The position numbers and the translations under genes were made by a program. From Octopus sinensis (lineage: Eukaryota), in the NCBI RefSeq assembly GCF_006345805.1, contig NW_021824673.1:1-44415 (forward strand): a stretch of DNA of 44,415 bases, given 5' to 3'. Positions 22,955 to 36,715 of this stretch are shown here, one piece after another; the first letter of the stretch is position 1; the number at the start of each line of letters is the position of its first letter. The notes under the pieces were generated by a model. The model ran no database searches, had not been told where the DNA came from, and was given only the letters and a program-made list of their open reading frames with translations.

Positions 22955-24087
22955 GTAGAAGTTTGAATATAATTGTGTCCATTATTATAATCGTTATATA
23001 TCTCAGTGCATCACACCACATAGGCACAAACACAACACACACACACCACCACACACATACACACACACACACCAGGACGTATACACTTGAAGACCCTTCC
23101 CACCACAAAATCCTCGCCTGTCATCCTTCTTTCGTATAAATATTGTACTTTTGATAACGAAAATCTTTTCCCATAACTTTAAAGCTGCTAAAACCTTTAA
23201 TTCCTCTTCAGAATTGTTATAATTTCTCTATCATATACTTTATTTCACAAACGTAATTTTCAGAAACGAACTATTGTTAATGAATTTGTATCGTTTGCTT
23301 CCATGTCAATCATTATATATACCTTTAAATTATTATCGTTATTGATAACTTGATTTTCTGAAGTGACACTACGTTAAATGAATCTATCGTCTGCTCAGAG
23401 GAAATTTTTGGCTGCTATTTCTAGCACATCCAGCTTAAGCTTCAGAGATTCTTCAGGAAGAGAATGGGGGATGACAATGTGAACACTGGAGGGTCTAACA
23501 TGAATTTTAATGTCTTTTTGACATTGTATTTGGGAAGAGATCGATGATCAATAGTTATCGAGCCAAAGTGAGATGATTCTACTACAGATGAAAAATCTAT
23601 CGTCTGATCGTATAACAATATTTTAATCATTTCCGGGTTAATGTCGCTTTTAAACGATTTTATTTTCCATATCTAATATCTACTAATTTCTTTGACGTAT
23701 GTATATATATAAATATATATCCTCTCTATAACACGCACGATCAAACACACAGGCACAAATTTCACACCTTACTACTAAGTGAATTTCACGTTTGTCTACC
23801 TCACACACACAATAACACATACACACAAGACACAAATGCAGTTATATACACACTCATACACATACACAATCACTCGCAATCATTAACACAAGCACACACA
23901 CCGCACATCATCATACATACAGCATACATATTGTCCCCTACCTATTTTTACTACTCCCTCTTCTACCCATTTTTTAAGTCATTGCTTATAACGGATTATT
24001 AAAAAAAAACACTCATTGTCACTGTGGTCACCATGTAGGCATCATCAAAAAATTTTGTTCGTCTTGTGGCTGAAAGAGGCTCTTAAT

Positions 24088-24168
24088 CTTTCCTGATGAG
24101 AAGATGGCATAATGCACCATTTATTCCTTCGGAATTAAAATTATGCCGTCTTCGAAACGTGTCGAGAG
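24088..24168 (+). ncRNA. Type I hammerhead ribozyme
   Basis: Stem I CTTTC (24088-92) / GAGAG (24164-68); core CTGATGA (24093-99); stem II GAAGATGGCATAAT (24100-13) / ATTATGCCGTCTTC (24140-53), 14 bp; GAAA (24154-57); minimal stem III AC-GT-GT; GUC cleavage after 24163. Confidence 0.85.
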
Positions 24169-25286
24169 TAAAAACCTCGTTCGACTCCATTCTTTCATTT
24201 ATTCATATAAATAACACAAATTGCACGCAAGAACCCGGAGTTTCTACCCCTTGACAGGTCACTTCAAACTGTGTTTTCCGACGTGAATTTGCTACCCATG
24301 TATCGGTTAAACGAATTTTCCCATGCTAGAATAATTCATTCACCTACTTATAATATATATATATATATATATATACAAATACATGAATATATACGTTTAT
24401 ATAATTTTGATAACTGTGTGTGCGTGTTTATATATATATATATACATATATACACACACACACCACACACACAGATATCACAATTTGTAAAATAGTACTT
24501 AGATTATTTCAAGTTATTTCAGTTACGCGGATGTAAACAGTCTCATGTAGTTACGCATATACACACAACACACATAATACACACATGCAACACCAGACAG
24601 TGACATAATTTTCATTTCTCCATTTCTGCTGGAATGCTAATGTCGCGGAAGAAGTAGGGTATACTGAGTAAGTGAAGGGAATTAAAATGTATCAATCTCA
24701 CCAAATCCTTAGTACATGGTTATGTAGCTAATAGCATCACACAAACACACACACACACACACACACAAAACCCTCTTTTTCTTCTTTCTCCCTCCCTCTC
24801 TCTCTCTCTTTCTATCACTTTCTTTCCCCTCTCTCATTTACACTCTTCCACTATCAACGCCCATCTTTGACTGCTGACGCAAACTTTTCATATCGGATTC
24901 ATATAAAGAAATAAAGACGGCCAATCTATATTACACACACACACACACACACACTATATATATATATCATAATTGTGTGCTACTTCAATGACAAATGTAT
25001 GGTAAATAAACAAATGACGCAATATAATATAATGCGCACATATATATATATATTATAGATATATATAAACATTCACTACCTCTTACGAACAGAGACTAAC
25101 AGCACTTTATTGGTAAGTTACGATTTTCATTATATTATATCGGCCTTCTATTGGCCTTGTCCAGTCTCTCTCAACGGCATTAAGGATGGGATAAAAAGGT
25201 TCTCCACCCTTAGACCTCATAATTTGGGTCCCCAAATTACCTAAAAATGTTTTTTTATGCTTTTATTTTTACTTCAGTAATTTCAG

Positions 25287-25502
25287 TTAACCCATTAGCA
25301 TTGGCACTGGCCACGTCGGGCCCAAATATTCTTCCTGTTTTCTGTTGAAAACTGAACACATTAGCCCTTTCACAACCACCATGCAAAGTTATTCTTAAAG
25401 TAAGCAATCACATAATCAAAATCTCAAAGCTAGAAGATAACGTATGTTTAATTTTAAACGATGTGAATAAATAAGTAATTCATCCGAATGTTGAAGGAGT
25501 AT
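25287..25502. mobile_element. piggyBac-like MITE, copy
   Basis: Duplicate of 9425-9638. Confidence 0.55.
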
Positions 25503-26060
25503 CCCCTTCTAGCTGGTACAATAATGAAACAGCAATTCCATCTCAAATTACGTGGGGTATTTTTTAAGGACACTTTTCAGGTACGAGGAGTGGTTAAGAA
25601 TGTTAGTAGTACAAAAATCGGTCGGTATTTTTCTTAGTATTTGACTTTTGTTAATTATTGTTTGAAGCCGAGAAGGGTCAAATGAGAGTAGAGGACGGTT
25701 GAAAAGCAAAATTTGAAGAAATTTGTGATGTGTGTTGGAGAGATTTAGGAGGCTGAGAGGAGGGATGAAAAATCGATTGATCATAATACTTGGAATAAAT
25801 TTGGGATGCGTGTTATATTATTTATATTTCTGTAGGTATCTATATATATGCCGACTACTTATGTTTTTAATACTGTTTATTAATGTAGGAGTTTATATGT
25901 ATATATATTGTGCGTATATGTGTGTGTGTTTGCATGTATGTATGTAAGAGCTTGTATGTATATATTTTGTATTTGTAAAATGCAATTTTGGATATTCATA
26001 TGTATTGCATATGCTCATATATATATATATTGTATAGATATATATATATAATATATATAT

Positions 26061-26099
<39 letters not shown>

Positions 26100-26174
26100 A
26101 TATATATATATATATATATATACATACTATAAGTATGCATAGACACACACATATTTGCTATTTGGAATGTGTTC

Positions 26175-26820
26175 ACTTACGATAAAAAATAACGTCAGAG
26201 AATTTAACAGGGAGGAGTTGTGGAGGCGAAGAATAGTTAATGACCCTTTTATACATAACATACATTTACCTATATTTGTGTTGTAGAGGGGAGCTTCACA
26301 TACTATGGACCACGATAGAGCGGGTTGGGCATTGTTTTGAATTGAGGTTGTATATGTGTGTTGCTAAAGATTGAAATAGTTTAAATTCGGGATTAGTGAA
26401 AGAATACATATGAGCACGACAACGACATTGAAAATCCTCAGTGCCATTAATCACACCCTTGCCTGGTGGGTGCATGGGTAATCACGTGGCACTTATAGAT
26501 TACGCTTTTGAGGAGACAGGTGTCTGCATACCATATATTTCAGAAGCGCGCGACAGTTGCAGTGGTTGGGGTTTACTATTAGTAATGTTGATGTTGGTTG
26601 GTTTGTTGTTAGTGGGGAGAATCTAAATTAGGATTTATATTAGTATCGGATTGAGAGGTTGTAATGGAACTAATATTTGTCGTCTCGTAGACAGGGTTGT
26701 AGAATGTTGGCTTAAGATAGTATTATACAATTGAGGTGGCTTATTAATGTTTGTATTATTGTATTGTGAAGTTTAGCTTGGAATTTTGGGGAAATTTTGG
26801 ATTTTATCCACACATAAAGC
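26175..26820 (-). mobile_element. Penelope-like GIY-YIG remnant, copy II
   Basis: Duplicate of 660-1300. Confidence 0.6.
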
Positions 26821-27911
26821 CTACCGGTGTTTTATAAAGACTTAGGAACCACGTGACCGCTGCTAGCTTTGTTGTTGTTGATGTGTATGTATTTTCAAAA
26901 TGTTTTATTCTTCAAACTTTGAGATGTATTGTTGATTTTTTTTATTTTATCTTACTAAATCAGCAACAAACACATTCCGTCAAATTAAATTTCTTTAATT
27001 GGATAAAAAAAAAAACATTATCAAACATTAAGTTAAAACAAAACAAAGTGTTTCTTTTTTTGTCATATATCAATATCGACCTTTCCTCCATAAACGTTAC
27101 ACAAAACTTGACTGCGCCAATGCCTAATGTCTAATTAAAGCATTTTCTAAGCTAAATTCTCTGCCTGATCTACAGGCTCATTAGGCCCCCAGTTAATATC
27201 TCGGTATCGAACGTATTTCAACACACAAGGATACAAACACAACACACCGATACCAGTCTGTCGCAATGTTAACCCCTGGTTAATGCTGGTGCTTTTCAGA
27301 TGAGAGCACTGGAAGTGTCTTTCTCGTGGACACAACTTACCGAAACAATAATCCATACGCCTATGAGTGTGTGTGTGCGCGCTTATGTACATATCCGTGC
27401 GTATGTGGGTGTATTTTTGTATGCATGTACACACACACACACACACAATCTTTTATTCTTTTATTCTTTTGCTTATTTAAAGGTGAATTTTAAAGTCGTT
27501 ATGCCAATCACATAATCCCCTTCCGACATAGGCCAAAAGTAAAGCTACGAAACTGGCTAAGTTTGGAAGAAAACGAAACACCACATGTGACTGGATGGGA
27601 AGTAATTGAGAATCCATAACTTATGTGAATGGATCGAATAAATATAAACATTGTTTAGCTGAAAGAGTGCATATCCTGTTCAGATCTAAGATGCTTAATC
27701 CTCTATTGGACTCTAGGTCTGGAATTTTCAGTCGTTGTCAAGTATAAATATATTTTTGAAGAACTGAAAAATTCCGTCTATTCTTGATTAGATTTTTGAT
27801 ATTTTATTAGCCTCATAATTCAATGTCTAACAAGGAGAACTCTTAAATGCTGTTTTACTTTTCCCTTTTCAAATTTTCGTTTTTGTGCTTCGCTTTCCGA
27901 TTTCCGGAACA

Positions 27912-28985
27912 CTGGCATGCTGTGGAAGACATGCACTGGGGCGCGGCACCTCCCAACATTCTGCGTAAATGGTGAACAGGTGTGGTCATCGTTTGTCAAA
28001 CAGGCTTTTCCACATCTCATCTCCTTGAGTAAGCTGCAGTCGGGGGTCAAGAGAGACCGAGGAAGGGTTACTGGCATCTGGAATGTTCTAGGCACTCACT
28101 GTCCTCTACCAGTGGGCAATGCGATCAGTAGAAAATCCACTCTGAAGTTCTATGGAGGGTTAGTGGAGGGAAAGTGCGATGAGCACTTGGAGAGACGCTA
28201 GGCGTTGACAAATTGAACTAACCAGTCTGTTGAGGAGGACTTTCAAGACGGGGACGATGGATAACTTCTAGAAGTCCCTTGTTATGCAGTGCTGTCGGGG
28301 GGCACTGACGGTTCGAGATAAACTCTAACGAGCACGGAAGTTCTGTCTGACCGACTACCCGACATGTTCGCAGAGCTATGAAATCATTCTGCACGCACTC
28401 GTCCAGTGTCCTTGCATTACTGACATGTGGAGTTATGTTGAACAGCTGTTATCACGTGTCGGTTTCTATCTATCGGCCGAGTCCGTAGTGAAGATCGATC
28501 ATCCACTTTCAATCAGTCCGGATGTCAGGGCAATTTACTTATGTCTAATAGCAAGTAGCGAAAGAGGCTGTGTTGTGGACCAGGTTAAAAGGACTAAAGG
28601 CAGAGACTTTTCTCTACGGCCAATCACTCGTCAACTTTTTCAAATTTTCTTGGAAAGGAAGATGAGGGTGCAGAGTGAAGTGCTGCCTCCCAGTACATTT
28701 GCCAAAAGGTGGATGAATAGCGAAAATGGTACGTGTGAGTGGACTTACTCTAATAACACGCCTTTGAGCTAGGAATTTGAAAGAAAAGAGAGTGTTCTCC
28801 CAGATGCTCTCGAAGCGTCGAGTGTTCAGGATTGGGGTGGGGGTACCTGAGCCAACTCCAGGGGATTACCTGCACCTATTACGAACTTTCATTGTTATAT
28901 TCTTTGTCGGATATCATTGTTATTCTTTAACTGTGTACTCGTTGTCTCACGTTAAATCTCCACTGTCCATGTCTACTGTATCCTG
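27912..28985 (+). mobile_element. Tx1/L1-clade LINE lineage A, copy II
   Basis: Duplicate of 2611-3700 (ORFs 27917 and 28425). Confidence 0.85.
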
Positions 28986-29211
28986 TTTTTTTACTACCAC
29001 AAGGGGTAAACACAGAAAAGACAAACAAGGACAGACAAACGGATTAAGCCGATTATATCGATCACAGTGCGTAGCTGGTACTTCTTTAATCGACCCCGAA
29101 AGGATGAAAGGCAAAGTCGACCTCGGGGAAATTGACTCCGAAGATAACGGCAGAAGAAATACCGCTTAGCATTTCGCCCGACGTACTAAAGATTCTGCCA
29201 GATCTCACCGC
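28985..29211 (-). mobile_element. tRNA-derived SINE (family 1), copy II
   Basis: Duplicate of 3700-3932. Confidence 0.8.
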
Positions 29212-29231
29212 TATGCCGGCCCTATTGGCAA

Positions 29232-29272
<41 letters not shown>

Positions 29273-29290
29273 TAATAATAATAAATAATA

Positions 29291-29803
29291 GTAAGGGTTG
29301 TTGAAGGATGTTGAACGAAGATGTAGCCCACTTCTTGGTATAGGGGATGGGCTCCAGCAAATATTCTGCTCAATACCACAGATTTTGCTTGTCAGTTGCT
29401 CGACGTTACCCAGTTGAGCATGTCCCTTAGTGGGCTGATGATATGTGCACTCTGATCACAAGCAGAGTAGTGGGGGAGTATCATAGTCCATGTGTTGAGA
29501 GGGATTCTTGGGGTTTGAATAATTCACCTCTGGAAACATGGGTGTTTCGTTCAAAATCCGTAAACAACTCTTACTCAGGGACCTTTTGAGCAGGATTGTT
29601 ACTCGACCGAAGAAAATTCTAACTGGTCCCCACCTAAAAGGTCATGTGCTTTTTATCTTGATATGAGATCATCATGTTTCGCATTTATGGTTGTGATGCA
29701 TGTGCCTGGTGTACCCTTATCAGACGGGTAGTCATGATGGGTATACGGGCTTCGTATATTTTACCCTAGTGTCACTTTGATGGCATGCACTGCTCTCTCC
29801 GCT
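29291..29803 (+). mobile_element. ~510 bp (AAT)n-embedded repeat, copy II
   Basis: Duplicate of 4073-4586. Confidence 0.6.
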
Positions 29804-29828
29804 TAATAATAATAATAATAATAATAAG

Positions 29829-29876
<48 letters not shown>

Positions 29877-30272
29877 TTATTATTATTATTATTACTATTA
29901 TTATTTTTTATTATTATTATTATAATTATTATTGTTATTGAAATTTTATTCTCCGGCTAAATATTTCACTCACTTCTTCACAGTAATTATATCATTTAAT
30001 GCAATCGTTAATGTGATATTCCCTCCAGTTTCATATTAAAGAAAAGCTTAGGCAGGGTATTATATATTACATCACACACAGAAACACACACAACACACAC
30101 ACACGAACAATCGTACACATCAACTCTCCTCCTCTTCTTTTCCCATCTCCTCTTTATCACTCACTCCCCTCTACCCTCTCGTCATTTTACACTCTTCCCC
30201 TTCCACCGCCAATCATCATAACTGCTGACTGAAATTTTCAAACGAAATTATATAATTAGAAATACAGATAAC

Positions 30273-30306
<34 letters not shown>

Positions 30307-30355
30307 CTATATATATATATTATATATATATATATATATAAATATATATATATAT

Positions 30356-30709
30356 GTCTTAGGATGTGGAATGTTCGTATCCGCTAACACGGACACATGT
30401 CATCATAATACTGTCCACGAAGTGTTGATAGGAGCAAAGCTTATCCAGGAGAATCGGTGGGCCTGCAAATCGCAGATGGAGAGGCAGACCCATACCAACC
30501 GACAGTTTGTAGGGCACTAAAGTGAAAGACAGGTTAAACTGTTTGGGGTCTGGTCTGCTGTAGACCCCGAGGTGGGACAACAACGGGTGGGAGTGACGAA
30601 CAGGATAGTCGATCTCACCCAGAAATTGGCAGAGAGGAAGCTGTTCGTGAAGGGTCGAGTCGAGGTGGCGAATGCGTACATCGCTTCCGTCAACTATGAC
30701 TGCCTGAAT
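30356..30709 (+). mobile_element. LINE lineage B fragment, copy II
   Basis: Duplicate of 5081-5435 with the same junction. Confidence 0.85.
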
Positions 30710-31833
30710 ATAATAACCACATTGTATCAACGCGCAGGATACAAGTGTTCGTCTGGTACGTTGATTTCTGTTATTTTTATGTCTTGACAAAGGCTGCGCT
30801 GATGAGTGAAAAGTGGATTTGTGCACTAATTTACGGAATCATATGATGTTCAGCTACGTCTGTTTCTGGAGGCTCGCTTTAGAGTTGCATTCCCTCGCGT
30901 TTTGTACAATGTGGGCATTATAGTAGTTTTACTTCAAGAGACCCCTAGCGTGAGGCATTTATGTATAAGTAATGCCCTTAATATATATAAATATATCATA
31001 GGGAATAATTAATAAGTTATCCTTCTGAGGTTTTTCACAATAACTACTTGATAAATCCTCGTAAAAATTTATCCTATATTTCAATTATATATATTTATTA
31101 GTAGCCCAAACTTACTTGTTTATATAATCACACACACACACACAAACATATGTATATAATATATATATATTTTACATATATGTATACTATCTTGTAATCT
31201 GTATTGAGCGTGTGTATGTATATGTGTATGTGTTTCAGTTTATCCACTATGACCGCTTGGGAAGAGGTTCCGGTTTTTTACGTCCCAGTAATTTGGCCGA
31301 TCGGTATCTTGTTAAATTCCTTACAACCACTTGAAACTTTCACATTTTTACCACATCATTTTCAAAGCATTTACGTCGATGCAGAATTGCCTGCCGCTGA
31401 CGATTAATGCATTCATGTTTTTCATTTTTTCTGGTAAGTAATAAAAAAAAATCAAAAGTATAAAGTGCGTAACTGTAGGCAAATCAGCGGAAGGGATCGC
31501 GAGAATACGCAGCAGGCTTAACAACAACAAATACTGGGGTCGATTTGTGCGACTAAAACACTTTAAGGCAGTGCCCCAGCATAGGCGCAGCCCAATGGAT
31601 GACAAACGTAAGGAATTGTTTACAGCCATGGTTTAAATTCTACGCCATAAATTAGAATTGTCGGATCTCATCGAAGACAGCGACGGGAATTGAAGCTCTA
31701 TGGTTTGTGTTCCTGAAATTTTAAAGGATGCAACAATAGAAAATGATCTCTCTATCGATCAATCAATCGATCTTCTATCTATCTATCTACTATCTATCTA
31801 TCTACCTATAATCTACATATCTATCTATCTATC

Positions 31834-33318
31834 TGGAACGAGATAACGAGTAGGGTGGTCACTCTCGCCCAGCAATGGGCCGAGGGAAGTGTCCCTAAAA
31901 GGTCGGCTGAGGTGGCTACATCCCCGCGTCCTCATCTCTACTAGCCTGACCGTCGTACCTTGTCCCGACCCTACCATCACCAAACTAGAACGCATCCTCT
32001 TCCGCTTCTTGTGGAAAGGATGCTTCGCGATGGTCAGGCGATCCATTTGCTGCAACAACCACCCGTTAAAAGAAGGGCTGGCATGCCGTGGTTGATGAAT
32101 GCGCAGACACGCGCTGACTGCGACAATCTCCTCGCTCTATGTAGACGACGGTGAACAGTGTGGTCACCGTTTGTGGAGGCACGCATTCCCGCCACTCGTC
32201 TCCATGACCGAACAACAGTCGTGGGTCAAAAAATAGGCAGAGGAAGGGCGAATGCACCGCGAGTGTCGCGTTGCTCTCAAGAACTCTGCCTCCCGGTCGA
32301 CCCTCGAGTGACTTAAACACAACCAAAGAATTCTATAGGGCATTAGTGGAGGGAGGTACGACGAGATCTCGTGGCAAACCTGGGCGTCGACGAGGAATAC
32401 CTGACCCGCCTGTTTCAAAACGACTTTCGGCCCGGGACCTATGGACACTTTCTAGAGTCCCTGGCCTGGCGGTGTACAGAAGCGCACAACCCGTTCGGAT
32501 AAGCTCTAATAGCATGGCTCGAGAAACACGGGGCCGACCTGCCCGAGATGCGGGCATGAGCGACGAAACCTTCTGCACGCAATCGTTCAGTGTCCAGCAA
32601 TTTCGACCATTGGCCCTTATGTGATGTCGAACGACTGCTTCACGTGTGGGACGTGTCGGTTTATCAGCATGAGTCTATCGTTAATATCGTCACGCCTCCT
32701 TCCTTCAAACGGGAAGGAGAGCTATTTTCTATCATACTTGTTGCTATGGCGAAGAATGTATCTGGTGGACGCACCCGAAAGGATTGGAGACAAACACTTT
32801 CCTCTCTGGTCAATCTCTCATCAAATTCTTCAAGTATCACATGAAGAGGAAATGAGAGAAGAGAGGCAAATTTTGTCTAGCGAATGTTTAAAAAAGATGG
32901 GTGAGGTAGCAAGGATGGCACGTATGAAGGACGAAGCCACCTTGACTATGATTTCTATGAACCGTAAAAATTAATACAGAGAGTTGCTTATTTGAAAAAA
33001 AAAATGAAAGAAATATAACATGTGACTCATTTTACGAGGTTACCGTGGTCTTTTCCGTAGCGTTTTCTTTACACTTCATATTGACATTTCTGTGATTACG
33101 ATCCCTATTGATCAACTTTTTTTCCTCTCCCCTTTCCTTTTATTTTTTTCCCTCTCCCCCCTTTTTTAAAAAAATCCTCCCCTTTTTTGTCCTCTTTCTT
33201 TCCTTTTACGATCCCTTTTGATCGAAACCCAACCCCCTTTTTTTTACCCCCAAAAGAAAAGCTCTACCTTGTAATTTGTTCTATCTGTGTGCAGCCCTGT
33301 GTGGCTAATAAAGAAACA
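31834..33318 (+). mobile_element. LINE lineage C, third copy
   Basis: Same junctions; dense small indels. Confidence 0.9.
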
Positions 33319-33536
33319 TATCTATCTATCTATCTATCTATGTCCATCTATCTCTATCTATCCTTCTATCTATCTATCTATGTATCTATTTATCTATCTA
33401 TCTATCAATCAATCTATCTATCTATCTATGTCTATATATCTCTATCTATCTATCTATCTATCACTGTCTATCTATGACTATCTATATCTATCTTTCCATC
33501 TTTCTATCTATCTATCTATCTATCTATCTTTATATT

Positions 33537-33574
<38 letters not shown>

Positions 33575-34552
33575 AATCTATCTATCAAACTATCATGTGT
33601 CTGTCTAGCTATCTCTCTATCAATCATTGTCTGTATCTTTATCTTTCTATCTCTCTATCTATTACGTCTCTCCATATATCGATATACATATATATATACA
33701 CACATATATACATTCATTTACATTTACTTATTTTCACACACACAAACACACACGCAGACACACACTTTCACACACACATATACATAATATAAAGGGAGAG
33801 GAAAATCAAATCATGGGACGCAACTTACAAGCATTGTACTACAATCCAGGCTCTGGTAAACCACATCGAATGGTCCGGCAAAACGGGAAAATCTTTATGG
33901 TAAACAATCATTGTCTTTCACTTAGTTCCAAAATTCCGAGTTCACTATTTCGGGTTTTATCCTGTGTAAAAGACATTAAAATAAGAATTAAATGTTACAC
34001 ATGAAGTAACTTACTTTTTAGCATATTTTATATACAATGCAATTTAGTTATTTTAAACCTGTGAACGACACGCCTTTCTGCTGCATGTATATTATAAGCA
34101 TTAGCATCAGGTTACATCCTGCTGGTTGAAAACTGTACCACCAGTATGCAGTAATTATAACTTTAGACTCAGATACTGATACCGGTGGAATGTAAAATAT
34201 TAATATCATCATTTAATATTATCATTAATATTCACTTCAGTTTTATATTAAAGAAACTTATAGGCATGGTTATGTATCTCATTGCATCACACACAGACAC
34301 ACACACACACACACACGCACACAGACACACACACAGATACTGGAAGATAATTAGTTTTTTTTTCCAATTTCCTTTTTTATCTTTCACTTTTTGCAGAAGG
34401 CATCAAGAATACTGGAGACTTTCTCAGATACAAATACGTTAAACAGTTTAGAGGCCCCTGCATGTTTTCCTCTCCCTCTTCCCCTCACTCCTATGAAAAT
34501 AGGACATCAAACTATTGAAGGTTTGGGTACAGATGAGCTCTCTCTCTCTCTT

Positions 34553-34963
34553 TTTTACTCTTTTACTTGTTTCAGTGATTTGAATGTGGCCGTGCTGGAG
34601 CACCGCCTTTTGTCGAGTAAATCGACCCAAGGACTTATTCATGTAAGCCTAGTACTTCTTCTATCGGTCTCTTTAGCCGAACCGCTAACTTACAGGGACA
34701 TAAACACACCAGCATCGGTTGTCAAGCGATGTTGGGGCGGGGCGGGACAAACACTGACATACAAACACACACATAGAAATATATATATATGCATATATAC
34801 AACGGGCTTCTTTCAGTTTCCGTCTACTAAATCCACTCACAAGGCTTTAGTCGGCCCGAGGCTATAGTAGAAGACGCTCGCCCAAAGTGCCACGCAGTGG
34901 GATTGAACCCGGAACAATGTGGTTGGTAAGCAAGCTACTTACCACACAGCCACTCCCGCGCCT
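34553..34963 (-). mobile_element. tRNA-derived SINE (family 2), full length, copy
   Basis: Duplicate of 22550-22954. Confidence 0.88.
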
Positions 34964-35024
34964 ATAGAAGTTTGGAATATAATTGTGTCAATTATTATAA
35001 TCGTTATATATCTCAGTGCATCAC

Positions 35025-35037
35025 ACACACACAGGCA

Positions 35038-35097
<60 letters not shown>
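35025..35097. repeat. (CA)n microsatellite
   Basis: Seen directly. Confidence 0.95.
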
Positions 35098-35100
<3 letters not shown>

Positions 35101-36128
35101 CAGGACATATACACTTGAAGACCCTTCACACCACAAAATCCTCGCCTGTCATCCTTCTTTCGTATAAAATATTGCTACTTTGATAACGAAAATTCTTTTC
35201 CCATTACTTTAAAGCTGCTAAAACCTTTAATTCCTCTTCAGAATTGTTATAATTTCTCTATCATATACTTTATTTCACAAACGTAATTTTCTGAAACGAA
35301 CTATTGTTAAATGAATTTGTATCGTTTGCTTCCATGTCAATCATTATATATACCATTTAAATCATTATCGTTATTGATAACTTGATTTTCTGAAGTGACA
35401 CTATCGTTAAATGAATCTATCGTCTGCTCAGAGGAAATATTTGGCTGCTATTTCTAGCACATCCAGCTTAAGCTTCAGAGATTCTTCAGGAAGAGAATGG
35501 TGGATGACAATGTGAACACTGGAGGGTCTAACAATGAATTTAGAAATGTACTTCATTTTAATGTTGGCTTTTGACATTGTATTTGGGAAGAGATCGATGA
35601 TCAATAGTTATCGAGCAAAAGTGAGATGATTCTAAAACATGAAAAATCTATCGTCTGATCGTATAACAATATTTTAATCATTTCCGGTTAATGTCGCTTT
35701 TAAACGATTTTATGTTCCATAGCTACTAAATTTCTTTGACGTATGTATATATATATATATCCCTCTCTATAACACGCACGATCAAACACACAGACACAAA
35801 TTTCACACCTTACATCTAAGTGTATTTCACGTTTGTCTACCTCACACACACAATAACACATACACACACAGACACAAATGCATTTATATACACACTCATA
35901 CACATACACAATCACTCGCAATCATTAACACAAGCACACACCCGCACATAATAATACATACAGCATACATATTGTCCCCTACCTATTTTTACTACTCCCT
36001 CCTTCTACCCATTTTTGAATCATTGCTTATAACGGATTATTTAAAAAAAACACTCATTGTCACTGTGGTCACCATGTAGGCAATCATCAAAAATTTTGTT
36101 CGTCTTGTGGCTGAAAGAGGCTCTTAAT

Positions 36129-36211
36129 CTTTCCTGATGAGAAGATGGCATAATGCACCATTTATTCCTTCGGAATTAAAATTATGCCGTCTTCGAAACA
36201 TGTGTCGAGAG
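36129..36211 (+). ncRNA. Type I hammerhead ribozyme, second copy
   Basis: Stem I 36129-33 / 36207-11; CTGATGA 36134-40; stem II 36141-54 / 36181-94; GAAA 36195-98; stem III ACA-TG-TGT; GUC cleavage after 36206. Confidence 0.87.
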
Positions 36212-36715
36212 TAAAAACCTCGTTCGACTCCATTCTTTCATTTATTCATATAAATAACACAAATTTGCACACAAGAACCCGGAGTTTCTACCCTTGACAG
36301 GTCACTTCAACTGTGTTTTCCGACGTGAATTTGCTACCCAGGTATCGGTTAAACGAATTTTCCATGCTAGGATAATTCATTCACCTACTTATATATATAT
36401 ATATATATATTATATACATATACAAATACATGAATATATACGTTTATATAATTCTGATAACTGTGTGTGCGTGTTTATATATATATATATACATACACAC
36501 ACACACACACACACAGATATCACAATTTGTAAAATAGTACTTAGATTATTTCAAGTTAATTTCAGTTACGCGGATGTAAACAGTCTCATGCAGTTACGCA
36601 TATACACACACACACATACATACACACATGCAACACCAGACAGTGACATAATTTTCATTTCTCCATTTCTGCTGGAATGCTAATGTCGGGGAAGAAGGAG
36701 GGTATACTGAGTAAG

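Larger units (their letters stand above)
18593..25576 (+). repeat. Tandem segmental duplication, second half of a unit
   Basis: Colinear with 5431-8960 and with 30706-37648 (MITE, LINE in TATC tract, SINE, hammerhead, piggyBac-like MITE). Confidence 0.9.

Noticed and set aside
24601-24675. Segment ending in a gtaagt donor
   Set aside because: No convincing acceptor and all frames are closed.
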